Positions 8,943 through 18,082 of a stretch of 62,326 nt of DNA are shown here, piece after piece. This DNA comes from Alphaproteobacteria bacterium (GTDB taxonomy: Bacteria > Pseudomonadota > Alphaproteobacteria > Rhodobacterales > Rhodobacteraceae), in NCBI GenBank assembly GCA_030428915.1, contig JAUIDM010000001.1:1-62326 (forward strand), in the 5' to 3' direction. A program made the position numbers and the translations under genes. The notes beneath the pieces were generated by a model. It did not search any database. It was given only the letters and a program-made list of their open reading frames with translations, and was not told the origin of the DNA. Numbering within the stretch: position 1 is the stretch's first letter; each line of letters starts with the position of its first letter.

Positions 8943-9634
8943 CGGCGCCGCGGAGCCGGGTCGTCTGGGACAAATACCACCGCCTCATCAACTCGGCCTA
9001 TCCCCCGATCGACCTCTTCGAGGATATCGCCGACCCGGCGGACTGGCTCCTGCTCGGCTCGGCGGTAAGCAAGACAAATCCCCGGCTCGCCGCGACCATC
9101 GGCAATCTTGACCTTGTTCCCGAAGACCGGCGGGTCGGCGGGCCCGGTGCGTCCTATGTCATGGCGCCGTTCGTTCACGTGACACCCGACCACACCGGAC
9201 GGTTTCACGATGGACGTTTTGGCGCGTTCTACGCCGCCGACCGGTTTGAGACCGCCCTTTTCGAGACGGTGCATCACACGCAGATCTTCTGTCGCGCAAC
9301 ACGCGAAGAGCCGGGCTGGATCGCCGACAAGCGCGAGCTGGTCGGCAGGATCGACGCCGTCCTCACCGATCTTCGCGCGGGTTTCGAAAAGCTCCTCCTG
9401 CCCGACGACTATGGCGCGTCGCAGGCTTTCGCGCGGGCCGAGCGGGCCAGTGGATCTGACGGGATCCTCTATCCTTCCGTCCGTGACCCGGACGGAACCT
9501 GTTTTGCGGCCTTCTATCCGGACGTGATGGGTCCCCCGGTTCAAGGCCGTCATATCGGCTATCACTGGAATGGCAGCCGGATCGACATGTTCAGGGACTA
9601 TTCGGACGGCGCGGTATACGCGATCACGCCATAG
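8936..9634 (+). CDS. RES-domain toxin
   Basis: HRLINSAYPPIDLFE, GRFHDGRFGAFYAA..FETALFET, SQAFA, GILYPSVR; overlaps antitoxin stop. Confidence 0.92.
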   Translation: MVTAPRSRVVWDKYHRLINSAYPPIDLFEDIADPADWLLLGSAVSKTNPRLAATIGNLDLVPEDRRVGGPGASYVMAPFVHVTPDHTGRFHDGRFGAFYAADRFETALFETVHHTQIFCRATREEPGWIADKRELVGRIDAVLTDLRAGFEKLLLPDDYGASQAFARAERASGSDGILYPSVRDPDGTCFAAFYPDVMGPPVQGRHIGYHWNGSRIDMFRDYSDGAVYAITP

Positions 9635-9778
9635 CGCCGATCGCGCGCCAGCTAAGCCTAATGTGCCCCGCAGCATGTGACAGGGTAAAGCGGGTCGGGG
9701 TCCTGCACTCTGTGCTGTTCAAAACGGCGACGAAGCAACCACCACGTCTTGACCACGGACACCGCCTCACCTGAGCCC

Positions 9779-10546
9779 CTAATATCGCACCACCTCATGC
9801 CCTGGATTCCCAAGGTAATCGCGCCATTCGACCCCAACGGCACGGTAGAGCGCGGCGGCAGGCCGACAGGTGAGATCGACTCCCATCCAGGCGGGCGCGG
9901 TATGCGCCGACGACCGGGCCCAGCGGTAATCGCCCTGGATTCCGTAGGATCCCAGCCGCGCATTGTCGTATTCGATGCAGCCGTGCCGATCAGTGTAGCG
10001 GTGCCGGTATTCGACCTGCCAGACTTGGATCGAGCGGACAAAATCAAACTCCGGCCCACTAATATCGATGTCGGCTGCCCCGGAGGCGATCGCCTGCGCC
10101 AGCCGGAGCATGGTCCTGTCGGGGTTTCGCGTGCTCTCCGACTGGAGCAGGACGGCGGGCTCGATCTCTACTCCTCGCCCGCTTGTCAGCCGACGGTCCG
10201 ACAGGGAGGAATCTGACAGCGCCGACTGCTCCCCGAGAGTGCCACGAGTTTCCAAGGCGTCATAGAGTCGGATTTCAAAATCGTTACTCCCTGTGTCCCT
10301 CAGGCTCGCATGCATCGGACAGTTCCAGATTTGCAGCGGCGGCTCGACGGGCCAGGGCGTGATGCGGCGGATGAAGACCGCGCGCGCACGCGCGCAAGGC
10401 ACCGAGGCGGGCCATCCTCCGGAGAGACAGAGAAGGATCGCGCAATCGATCGGATAGGTTTGCGCCCGCGCGCGATCCGCCGTCCCGATGAAGGACATGG
10501 ATGCAAGGATAATAAGAGACGTGAAACGGATGACAGCTTTGGGCAT
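9779..10546 (-). CDS. Secreted Cys-rich TrbM/KikA-like protein (copy 2)
   Basis: YPIDCAILLCLSGGWPASVPC; mature part closely matches 296-1045. Confidence 0.7.
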   Translation of the reverse strand: MPKAVIRFTSLIILASMSFIGTADRARAQTYPIDCAILLCLSGGWPASVPCARARAVFIRRITPWPVEPPLQIWNCPMHASLRDTGSNDFEIRLYDALETRGTLGEQSALSDSSLSDRRLTSGRGVEIEPAVLLQSESTRNPDRTMLRLAQAIASGAADIDISGPEFDFVRSIQVWQVEYRHRYTDRHGCIEYDNARLGSYGIQGDYRWARSSAHTAPAWMGVDLTCRPAAALYRAVGVEWRDYLGNPGHEVVRY

Positions 10547-10651
10547 GACAGGAAATCCAAACGGCTTCGGGTTTTGTCGTATGATCGTACATTAATATAT
10601 TATTGTCACTATAAATATAACAATGAAATCGGCGATCGACCCGGCACGCGC

Positions 10652-10909
10652 CTAGTCCAGGTTCTTGCCGACGGCGTGCGAAAGCACTGCGAGGAGATCG
10701 ATCAAAGCGCCGGGGGTCGACGATCTCGCCTCAGCGAGGACCTCTGGGCGCAGCGGCGGATGGATGAACGCCGCTGCGTCACATGCGTCGAGCCAGAGAA
10801 CGGCCAGTTCGGCAGTATCCCACAAATAAACCCAGCCGACGGTGCGCGTCCGGTCCGACCCGATCAGCCTGGCAATAGCCAACGCTTCTCCCCTGCCCTT
10901 CGCCACCAT
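10652..10909 (-). CDS. Hypothetical protein
   Basis: MVAKGRGEALAIARLIGSDRTRTVGWVYLWDT...; protein-like composition with GAGGGG RBS upstream. Confidence 0.55.
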   Translation of the reverse strand: MVAKGRGEALAIARLIGSDRTRTVGWVYLWDTAELAVLWLDACDAAAFIHPPLRPEVLAEARSSTPGALIDLLAVLSHAVGKNLD

Positions 10910-11519
10910 CTTCGTTCCCCTCTTCGCCGACCCGGACGTCGCAACGGCGCTCTCAGGCGGTCGGGTACGCTCAAGCGGCGTGGAGGTACCCTCTGTTTGC
11001 TTGAAGCAGGAAGCCTCCAACATGCTGTCGACCCCGATCTCGGATTCCGCATCGCGCAGGTCGCGGAAAGACAGCCGACGACTGCGGGATGCTGGCCTTG
11101 ACGTTCCTTGTCGTGACCGTGACGCCGCAAGAAATCACGAAATGGTGCGAAACAGAACGAGACAGAACGAAACGAAATCCTTTATACTATTGAATATTAA
11201 TCAAAAATATTTCGACCCGTTGCCGCGGGATGACGATGTTTACAGCAAAATGTTTAAGAAGCCGGTCGCAGCGGGAGCAGATCGGGCGTTTGAAAATGGC
11301 CCGTTTCCCGAAAGACCGGGGGCATCTCCACGCGTGTCGACCACGACGATCGACGCCGGCCGATACGGCGTCGAACCACACGTGCGCCAGTTCCGGTTTG
11401 ACGAGTTCGACCAGGGGATATGGCGCGCGCAGAACGGCAAAGCGGCGAATCCGTAAACGGGTCCGCAAGTTTTCCATGATTGACCATGACAGCAGACTGG
11501 GTGACGGGGAGCCCCTGCC

Positions 11520-11771
11520 CTATCGTTCGGACCATTCCAGGAATCGCCTATAGTCTTCACTGACCTCGCGCGCCTCGACTAACGCCCGGGCCCGTTCCTC
11601 GTCAAGGCAGCGGAAGTAGCGCTGGATATCCCGAATATAGAGCTCAAAGTCGCTTCGGATGATATCGGCATAGTCCCGCGCTGCCTGCGGGTCACTCGGA
11701 ACGAAGGGCCGCACCGGGGCGTTACAGGTCGCGGCGGCAACGCCGCGCGTCATCAACAATGCCACGAGCAT
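11520..11771 (-). CDS. Small secreted hypothetical protein (homolog of 1042-1392; start uncertain)
   Basis: CNAPVRPFVPSD...DFELYIRDIQRYFRCLDEERARA. Confidence 0.7.
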   Translation of the reverse strand: MLVALLMTRGVAAATCNAPVRPFVPSDPQAARDYADIIRSDFELYIRDIQRYFRCLDEERARALVEAREVSEDYRRFLEWSER

Positions 11772-11985
11772 CGACGGCACCCCCCTGCCCCGCCACATTC
11801 GGAGGTTCCGAAACCCGCCAATTCCCTTGATCAAACCCATGGGTCCGGCCTATCCATTGCGTGAGCGAGAATCCGCTTGTCGCGCAGAAAATATATCTTG
11901 TGCGTCAATACTATATCATCGTATGCCTAGGCTTCAACACCGGAAGCTTGGGTCATTCGCCTTATTGGAGAACGTGATCCGGGTG

Positions 11986-12342
11986 ATGGACCTAGATAAA
12001 GAAGCCCCGAATGTGGTCACCGAACCCAGATTCCGCGATCTGGCCATCAGCGGATATCGCGTCGAAGTTGTGTGCAAGGAGGATGCCTTCAAGAAAGGCC
12101 CCAACTGGCACGGGGTATGGATTCTGCGCGCCGTCAGTGATGAAGGGGTCGAAAAACTTCTCGTCACCGCCAGAACTCGCACCTCGCGCAACGACATCAA
12201 GATCCGGGAGATCAAGACCGTCACCGGCATCATCTCCTTCCTCCAGGGGATCGGCTTTACCCACACAGACATTCCGCTCGAAAAAGGCAAACGGACAGTC
12301 CAGAAGCTTTCCAGCGAAGAAATCGCTGCAAGCCGGGCTTAG
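11986..12342 (+). CDS. Conserved hypothetical protein at head of virB operon (copy 2)
   Basis: Homolog of 1643-1981; GGAG upstream. Confidence 0.75.
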   Translation: MDLDKEAPNVVTEPRFRDLAISGYRVEVVCKEDAFKKGPNWHGVWILRAVSDEGVEKLLVTARTRTSRNDIKIREIKTVTGIISFLQGIGFTHTDIPLEKGKRTVQKLSSEEIAASRA

Positions 12343-12994
12343 CGCCCTCCTATTCTCCCTCCTGGCCGCGAGCGCATCAGCCGAGATGGTGCTGGTGATG
12401 GCCGAAGATGGCGCGCTCTCGCCGTCGCAATCCCAGAAGGCTTTCTCACGCATCTACAAGGACGGGATCGGCCAAGAGCCGGCGGCGCTCCGCAGTCTCG
12501 GTGAGGCGGCCGGGCCTGCTGCCGCGATGCGGATAGCCCCGGGGCCATCTCAGAAACCGGCGCCTCGCGCGGATATTCGCACAGGCATTGAAGAAACAGC
12601 CCTGCGCTACGCGGGCCATCCCGGCCTGCGCTCGGCCGGCATCACGGTCACCGACTGGCTGAACCTCTATCGCGCCAATATCGAGGTTGAGAGCGCCTAC
12701 AATCCCGCGGCGATCTCACAAAAGGGAGCCATTGGGCTTGGTCAGCTGATGCCCGGGACCGCTCGGACCCTGCGTGTCGATCCCCATGACTGGAAAGAGA
12801 ACCTCGACGGCTCGGCGCGTTATCTCGCAGGATTGCTGGCGGAGTTCGGAGATGTCCGCTTCGCGCTTGCCGCCTACAACGCCGGACCGGGCGCGGTGCG
12901 CGAACACGGTGGCATCCCACCCTATCGAGAAACCCGCAACCACGTCCAGCGGGTGCTGGCCGTTGTCAACCGGCTGGAAGGAGTACCCCAATGA
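12140..12994 (+). CDS. virB1: Lytic transglycosylase VirB1 (start uncertain)
   Basis: VESAYNP, GAIGLGQLMP, AAYNAG, PPYRET; signal-like segment ending ASA|E. Confidence 0.88.
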   Translation: MKGSKNFSSPPELAPRATTSRSGRSRPSPASSPSSRGSALPTQTFRSKKANGQSRSFPAKKSLQAGLSALLFSLLAASASAEMVLVMAEDGALSPSQSQKAFSRIYKDGIGQEPAALRSLGEAAGPAAAMRIAPGPSQKPAPRADIRTGIEETALRYAGHPGLRSAGITVTDWLNLYRANIEVESAYNPAAISQKGAIGLGQLMPGTARTLRVDPHDWKENLDGSARYLAGLLAEFGDVRFALAAYNAGPGAVREHGGIPPYRETRNHVQRVLAVVNRLEGVPQ

Positions 12995-13278
12995 AGCCAA
13001 ACATCCATGCCCTCCTTGTGACCATATCGGTCACTCTGCTCTTCGCCGAACCGGCACTTGCCCAGAGCATCGACCTCTCCCCGATCCAGACCCTTCTGCA
13101 GGGGATCGTCGACGCGCTGACCGGCCCCCTGGGCGTCGTCATCGCCACCTTGGCCGTGCTCGGCATCTTTCTCAGCTGGTTCTTCAACATCATCGACCTG
13201 CGCCAGGCGCTCTGGGTGCTCGTCGGCATCGCAGGCGTCGCCGCGGCGCCGACAATCGTTGCCGCGGTCTTTGGCTGA
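12991..13278 (+). CDS. virB2: VirB2 pilin
   Basis: PALA|QS cleavage, ALTGPLG, two hydrophobic helices. Confidence 0.9.
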   Translation: MKPNIHALLVTISVTLLFAEPALAQSIDLSPIQTLLQGIVDALTGPLGVVIATLAVLGIFLSWFFNIIDLRQALWVLVGIAGVAAAPTIVAAVFG

Positions 13279-13298
13279 ATTCCGTAGGGGGGAGAACT

Positions 13299-13577
13299 GT
13301 GGCTGAACGATCACCTCTATTCCTGGGACTCGTGCGCCCGCCAAAGCTTCTCGGCCTGCCGATCATGTATGCCATGGTCTGGCTCTTCGGCTCGGTCCTG
13401 CTCTTCGTCTGGATGCAACATCTCGCAGTCCTTGGCCTGGCAGCGATCCTCTACCCGATGCTCTGGAAGGCGGCTGACTGGGATCCGCGCTTCATCGACG
13501 TGATGATGACGGCACTGCAGGAGACCCCGCCCACGCGAAACCGATCGATCCACCGGGGCGACAGCTATGCCCCGTGA
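13299..13577 (+). CDS. virB3: VirB3
   Basis: GTG start after GGAG; PLFLGLVRPPKLLGLP...WDPRF. Confidence 0.9.
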   Translation: MAERSPLFLGLVRPPKLLGLPIMYAMVWLFGSVLLFVWMQHLAVLGLAAILYPMLWKAADWDPRFIDVMMTALQETPPTRNRSIHRGDSYAP

Positions 13578-15930
13578 CGAGACGTTCGACGCGCGCACGC
13601 TGATGCCGGACTGGTACGCCCGCGAAAAGCGTCTCGCGCACATGTTGCCCTATGTCAGCCTCGTCGACGACCATACCGTCCGCACCCGTGTCAACGAACT
13701 TTTCCAGTGCATCCGCATCGGGGGTGTCAACAGCTATACGACAGAAGATGCACATCTCGACAAGGTGACCGCACTGTTCGCCCGGGTCATCGCGCAGCTC
13801 GGCCCCGAGTTCAGCTATTATGTCCACAAGGTCTCAAAGGCGATCACGCCCGAGTTGGAGCCGGTCCCGGGTGACGGTTTTGCGGCGGCCGTGGATGCTG
13901 CCTGGCGTGCAAAGCTTGAGGCGAGCGAGCTGCGCGACAAGACCCTGACACTGACCATCCTCCATCGGCCGCCGCCGAAGAGTTTTCTCGGGTTCGTGAA
14001 CCGCAGCGCGCCGGAGCGGCTCCGCGATGAGACTAGGAAGCGGGTCCGGCGGTTGAGGGAAGCCGTCGGCATCTTCACGTCGGGCCTGACCGAGCTCAAA
14101 CCCCGCCTTCTCTCCGCTGCCTCGGGAGACCTTTTGGGCTTTCTCGGCGCGCTGAATACGGGTCGCGAACTGCCGCTCTACCCGGCGGGTCGTTACGGCT
14201 TTCTGGCCTGCAATATCGCCAACACCCGCGTGACCTTCCTCGAGGACCATTTCGAACTCTCGGACGGCGTCGCGGGTCACCGCTTCGGCCGGAGTTTCAC
14301 CATCGGCGAATATTCCGAAGCCACGACCTGCACGATGTTCGACATGCTGAACCTGCCGGTCGACATGATCGTCACCCATTCCTTCACCCCGATCAATTCG
14401 AACCTGATGGCGGGGCGGATCAAGCGTCAGAAGCGCCAGATGCAGGCTTCCCAGGATGCCGCGCTTTCGCTCCTCGAGGCGCTCGACATCGCGCATGACG
14501 ATCTCGAGGCCAAACGCCAGAGCTTCGGCGAGCACCACATGGTCGTCACCGTCTTCTGCGACACGCTCGACGAGCTCCAAACCCTCGGGGCCGAGATCGT
14601 CAACGCCGCAGCGGCCGAGGGTGTGAAGATGATCGGCGAGAGGATGGCGGCCAGAACCCATTATTTCAGCCAGCACCCCGGCAACCAGCCAAAACGTGTC
14701 CGCGCGAGCGCCGTCACCAACCGCAATTTCGCGGACTTCGCTGCGCTCCACCGCACGCCCCTCGGCAAGGGGAAGGACCAACTCCCCTGGGGACAGGAGA
14801 TCACGCTCTTTCCGACGCCGGAGCAGAGCGCCTACCGTTTCTCCTACCACGAATTGGGCGCGCCTTCGAGTGAGCCGACCAGCGGTCATACCCTCATCCT
14901 CGGCCGCCCCGGCTCCGGCAAATCCGTCCTCTCGGCCTTTCTCATGACGCAAGCGCGGCGCGTCGGCGCGCGCATCTTCGTCTTCGATTACCGGCTCGGC
15001 ATGGAAATGGCGGTGCGCGCCAATGGCGGGCGCTATGCCTCCGTCAAAGCCGGGCAGGCCACCGGTCTCAATCCCCTCTGGACCGAAATTGACGTCAGTG
15101 GCATGGCCTGGCTTTCCGACTGGCTGGGCTCACTCCTCCACCGTCCCGACAAGCCGCTGACGCCGACCCAGGTCAATCGCATCCAGGAGGTCGTCCGCCA
15201 GAATGCCCATGCGGCGACACCCCAACTGCGGAACTGGACGGATTTCGCCTCGCTCTTCGTCTCCACCGATGACAATGGCGATCTGCACCAGCGGCTTCTC
15301 GAATGGACGGGAGACGGCCGCTACGGCTGGATTTTCGGACAAAGCCTCGAGGACACGTTCTCGCTGAAGGGCGATGTCGTAGGCTTCGACCTCACAGGCA
15401 TTCTCGACAGCGAGAGCGAGAAGGAGCGGATGGCGGTCCTCTCCTATCTCTTTCGGCGCGTGGAGCGCGAGATCGAGGATCGCCACCCCACGATCATCAT
15501 CGTCGACGAGGCCTGGAAGGCGCTCGACAACACCTATTTTGCCGAGCGCCTCTCCAATTGGCTGGTGACGGCCCGCAAGCAAAACACCGTCGCGGTCATG
15601 ATGACCCAATATGCCAGCCAGTTGGAACGCACGCGGACCGGCAAGACCATCGTCGAGGCGGTGCCGACGCAGATCCTCCTGCCCAATATCCGGGCCCACG
15701 CCTCGGACTACGCAATGATGAACCTCGGCGAAAAGGAACTCGACGTTCTCCTCAACACCGGCAGCGACAGCCGCCTCGCCCTTATCCGCGACGATACCGG
15801 CTCCGTCGTCGTCGACGCCGATCTCTCCGCGCTCGGTCCCTACCTCACCATCCTCGGCGGCATGGAAAAGGGCGAGGCTCTGGCCGGCACCGATTACCGC
15901 GACCGGCCGGATTTCTGGAGGCTTTCATGA
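13567..15930 (+). CDS. virB4: VirB4 ATPase (copy 2)
   Basis: Walker A GRPGSGKS, IIVDEAW, ARKQN. Confidence 0.95.
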   Translation: MPRDETFDARTLMPDWYAREKRLAHMLPYVSLVDDHTVRTRVNELFQCIRIGGVNSYTTEDAHLDKVTALFARVIAQLGPEFSYYVHKVSKAITPELEPVPGDGFAAAVDAAWRAKLEASELRDKTLTLTILHRPPPKSFLGFVNRSAPERLRDETRKRVRRLREAVGIFTSGLTELKPRLLSAASGDLLGFLGALNTGRELPLYPAGRYGFLACNIANTRVTFLEDHFELSDGVAGHRFGRSFTIGEYSEATTCTMFDMLNLPVDMIVTHSFTPINSNLMAGRIKRQKRQMQASQDAALSLLEALDIAHDDLEAKRQSFGEHHMVVTVFCDTLDELQTLGAEIVNAAAAEGVKMIGERMAARTHYFSQHPGNQPKRVRASAVTNRNFADFAALHRTPLGKGKDQLPWGQEITLFPTPEQSAYRFSYHELGAPSSEPTSGHTLILGRPGSGKSVLSAFLMTQARRVGARIFVFDYRLGMEMAVRANGGRYASVKAGQATGLNPLWTEIDVSGMAWLSDWLGSLLHRPDKPLTPTQVNRIQEVVRQNAHAATPQLRNWTDFASLFVSTDDNGDLHQRLLEWTGDGRYGWIFGQSLEDTFSLKGDVVGFDLTGILDSESEKERMAVLSYLFRRVEREIEDRHPTIIIVDEAWKALDNTYFAERLSNWLVTARKQNTVAVMMTQYASQLERTRTGKTIVEAVPTQILLPNIRAHASDYAMMNLGEKELDVLLNTGSDSRLALIRDDTGSVVVDADLSALGPYLTILGGMEKGEALAGTDYRDRPDFWRLS

Positions 15931-16097
15931 TCCGAACTCTCACTCTTCTCGTTGTTGCCGGACTGCTGGGGGCCTGTGAACAACATCGCGAGCCCCGGGC
16001 CAATTGCTTCAATCTGGTGTCGCGCGGCCCGACCTCGGCGGATTGCAGGTTCGAACCGCTCGGCGATCCCGGCCGCAGGGGAGGGAACCTTGAATAG
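15927..16097 (+). CDS. Small lipoprotein, VirB7-like
   Basis: 56 aa with lipobox LLGAC; ATGA overlap with virB4 stop. Confidence 0.7.
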   Translation: MIRTLTLLVVAGLLGACEQHREPRANCFNLVSRGPTSADCRFEPLGDPGRRGGNLE

Positions 16098-17244
16098 GCT
16101 CGTCCTCCTCACGTTGATGCTGGTCGCCTTGCCCGGCGGTACGCTCGCGCAGGGCGTCCCGGTGAATGACAGCGGGCTGACAGCGCGCGACATCGTCGAG
16201 ACCGGCGACCGCGACAGGGATCTCAACCTTCAACGTGAGAAGCTGACGGTCGAGGAACTCCTGACCGGGATCACGCAAGACCAACTCGCGGTCCTCCAAA
16301 GTATCCTCGACGCGCAGACCAGCCTCGGCGGTCAGGGCCTGCCCGCGATGGTTTCCGGCCTCGAGGACGGCAGCAGCGATGCGGATCGGTCCGCCCGGGC
16401 CGTCTACGGCACCGGTGATGTCGATCCCAATCCCGGCGGCGCGGGACTCTTCGGGGATGCGGCGGAAAACGTCGAGCAGCTCATCATCCGGGTGGCCCTG
16501 GAAACCTACGGGTACCCCGGCGTCGGTCGCGCAGGCCTCTCGACCGTCCAGTGGCGCGCACTCCTGCAGGCCCTCATCTGGCAGGAGAGCCGGTTCTCCA
16601 TCGGCGCACGTTCCGGCGTAGGGGCCTTCGGTCTCACCCAGATCATGCCTGCAACGGCCAGCGCGCTCGGCATCAACCCGGAATATTACGACAGCCCCTA
16701 TCTTCAGGTCGAAGGCGGCGCGCGGTACCTGGCAGCCCAGCTTGACACCTTTGACGGCAACATCATCAACGCGCTCGCGGCCTATAATGCAGGACCGGGC
16801 CGCGTTCTCCAATATGGTGGCGTTCCGCCCTTCACCGAGACGCAGCACTACGTCCAGGTCATCCCCGACCGCTACAATCTCTACCTCGCGCGGATCGGCG
16901 GCATCGATGCGCTCGGCACGATCGACCCGGCACTTCTCGCCAATGCCACCCTCTCGTTCACGGGGCATGGCGCGGCCTTCTACGGCAACCAATCACCGGT
17001 CGCGATCCGGCAGGCGGCGCTCCGCATCCAGGACATCGTCAACCGGATCGGCTCGACGGGGGACGTCCAGGAAAGCGTCGCGCTCAACACCTATGCCCGT
17101 GCCGAACTCGTCCGCCTGATGGCGGCGCGCATCCGGCTGAACGCTGCGCGCACAGCGCCCCTCTCCGCTGCTCATCTCTCCCAAGCCGCTGCCCGCATGG
17201 CCGAGGCGGAGTTCATGGATTTCACATTGGAGGATCTGGATTGA
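16090..17244 (+). CDS. VirB5-like protein with internal lytic transglycosylase domain
   Basis: SLT motifs QESRF, GAFGLTQIMP, AAYNAG; N-terminal AQGVPVND and C-terminal ESVALNT..AEL...FMDFTL match the adjacent VirB5. Confidence 0.85.
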   Translation: MNRLVLLTLMLVALPGGTLAQGVPVNDSGLTARDIVETGDRDRDLNLQREKLTVEELLTGITQDQLAVLQSILDAQTSLGGQGLPAMVSGLEDGSSDADRSARAVYGTGDVDPNPGGAGLFGDAAENVEQLIIRVALETYGYPGVGRAGLSTVQWRALLQALIWQESRFSIGARSGVGAFGLTQIMPATASALGINPEYYDSPYLQVEGGARYLAAQLDTFDGNIINALAAYNAGPGRVLQYGGVPPFTETQHYVQVIPDRYNLYLARIGGIDALGTIDPALLANATLSFTGHGAAFYGNQSPVAIRQAALRIQDIVNRIGSTGDVQESVALNTYARAELVRLMAARIRLNAARTAPLSAAHLSQAAARMAEAEFMDFTLEDLD

Positions 17245-18071
17245 TGCCCCGCACATTTGCACTGGCCCGGTCGCTCCGCATGCTGGCCCTTGCCGCCGCC
17301 CTATCGCTCAGCTCGACGGCCGTGACCATCACCCCGGCAAAGGCCCAGGGCGTGCCGGTTGTCGACACCCAGAACATCGCCCAAAATATCCAGCAGCTTC
17401 GCCAGATGATCGAGGACGAGATTCTGCAGAACGAACAGCTCACGCAATTGCGCGCGCAGCTGACCACGCTCACCGACCAACTCGCCGAATTGCAGCGAAC
17501 CTACGAAGCGCTGACCCGCATCGCGGATCTTCCCGAGATCATCCAGACCAGGATGGAAGACGAGCTGAACGGACTTCTCGACCAGGAATTCGGCGACATT
17601 CAGGCCACGATACGCGCGATCCGAACCGGTGATTTCTCCGGCCTGACAGGATCCGGCGCCAGCGAGATAGAGACCCAGATGGACCGGGCTCTGGCCGATC
17701 TCGGCTTCGATGAGGACACGCTCGCCGAGATGGCCCGCAGCGGCAATTCCGGCGCCGCGCGGACGGCCACGCAAGCCACGACCGGGGCATTGGTCTCGGC
17801 CGCCGCCCAAAACAGTTACGACGATGCCGGCCAGTCCCTCGACCGCGTCGAACGGCTGGTGGGCCTTATCGACGACATGGATGAGCTTAAGGAAAGCGTC
17901 GATCTCAACACCCGTGTGACGGCAGAACTCGCCATCGCGCTTGTCGCCATGTGGCAACTCGAGGCGGTGCAGACCGTGGGCGACGGAACCGGCGGCGTCA
18001 TAGACGCGGCCACCATCGCCGAGGAACAGCGCTTCATGGAGTTCACCCTTCCCGACCTTCGGGCCGAATAA
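17244..18071 (+). CDS. virB5: VirB5 minor pilin
   Basis: AQGVPVVD, Gln-rich coiled coil, ESVDLNTRV. Confidence 0.88.
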   Translation: MPRTFALARSLRMLALAAALSLSSTAVTITPAKAQGVPVVDTQNIAQNIQQLRQMIEDEILQNEQLTQLRAQLTTLTDQLAELQRTYEALTRIADLPEIIQTRMEDELNGLLDQEFGDIQATIRAIRTGDFSGLTGSGASEIETQMDRALADLGFDEDTLAEMARSGNSGAARTATQATTGALVSAAAQNSYDDAGQSLDRVERLVGLIDDMDELKESVDLNTRVTAELAIALVAMWQLEAVQTVGDGTGGVIDAATIAEEQRFMEFTLPDLRAE

Positions 18072-18082
18072 GGACAGCGGGT

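Noticed and set aside
11187-11560. Several short overlapping ORFs on both strands
   Set aside because: No clear RBS or recognisable homology; no frame can be chosen.
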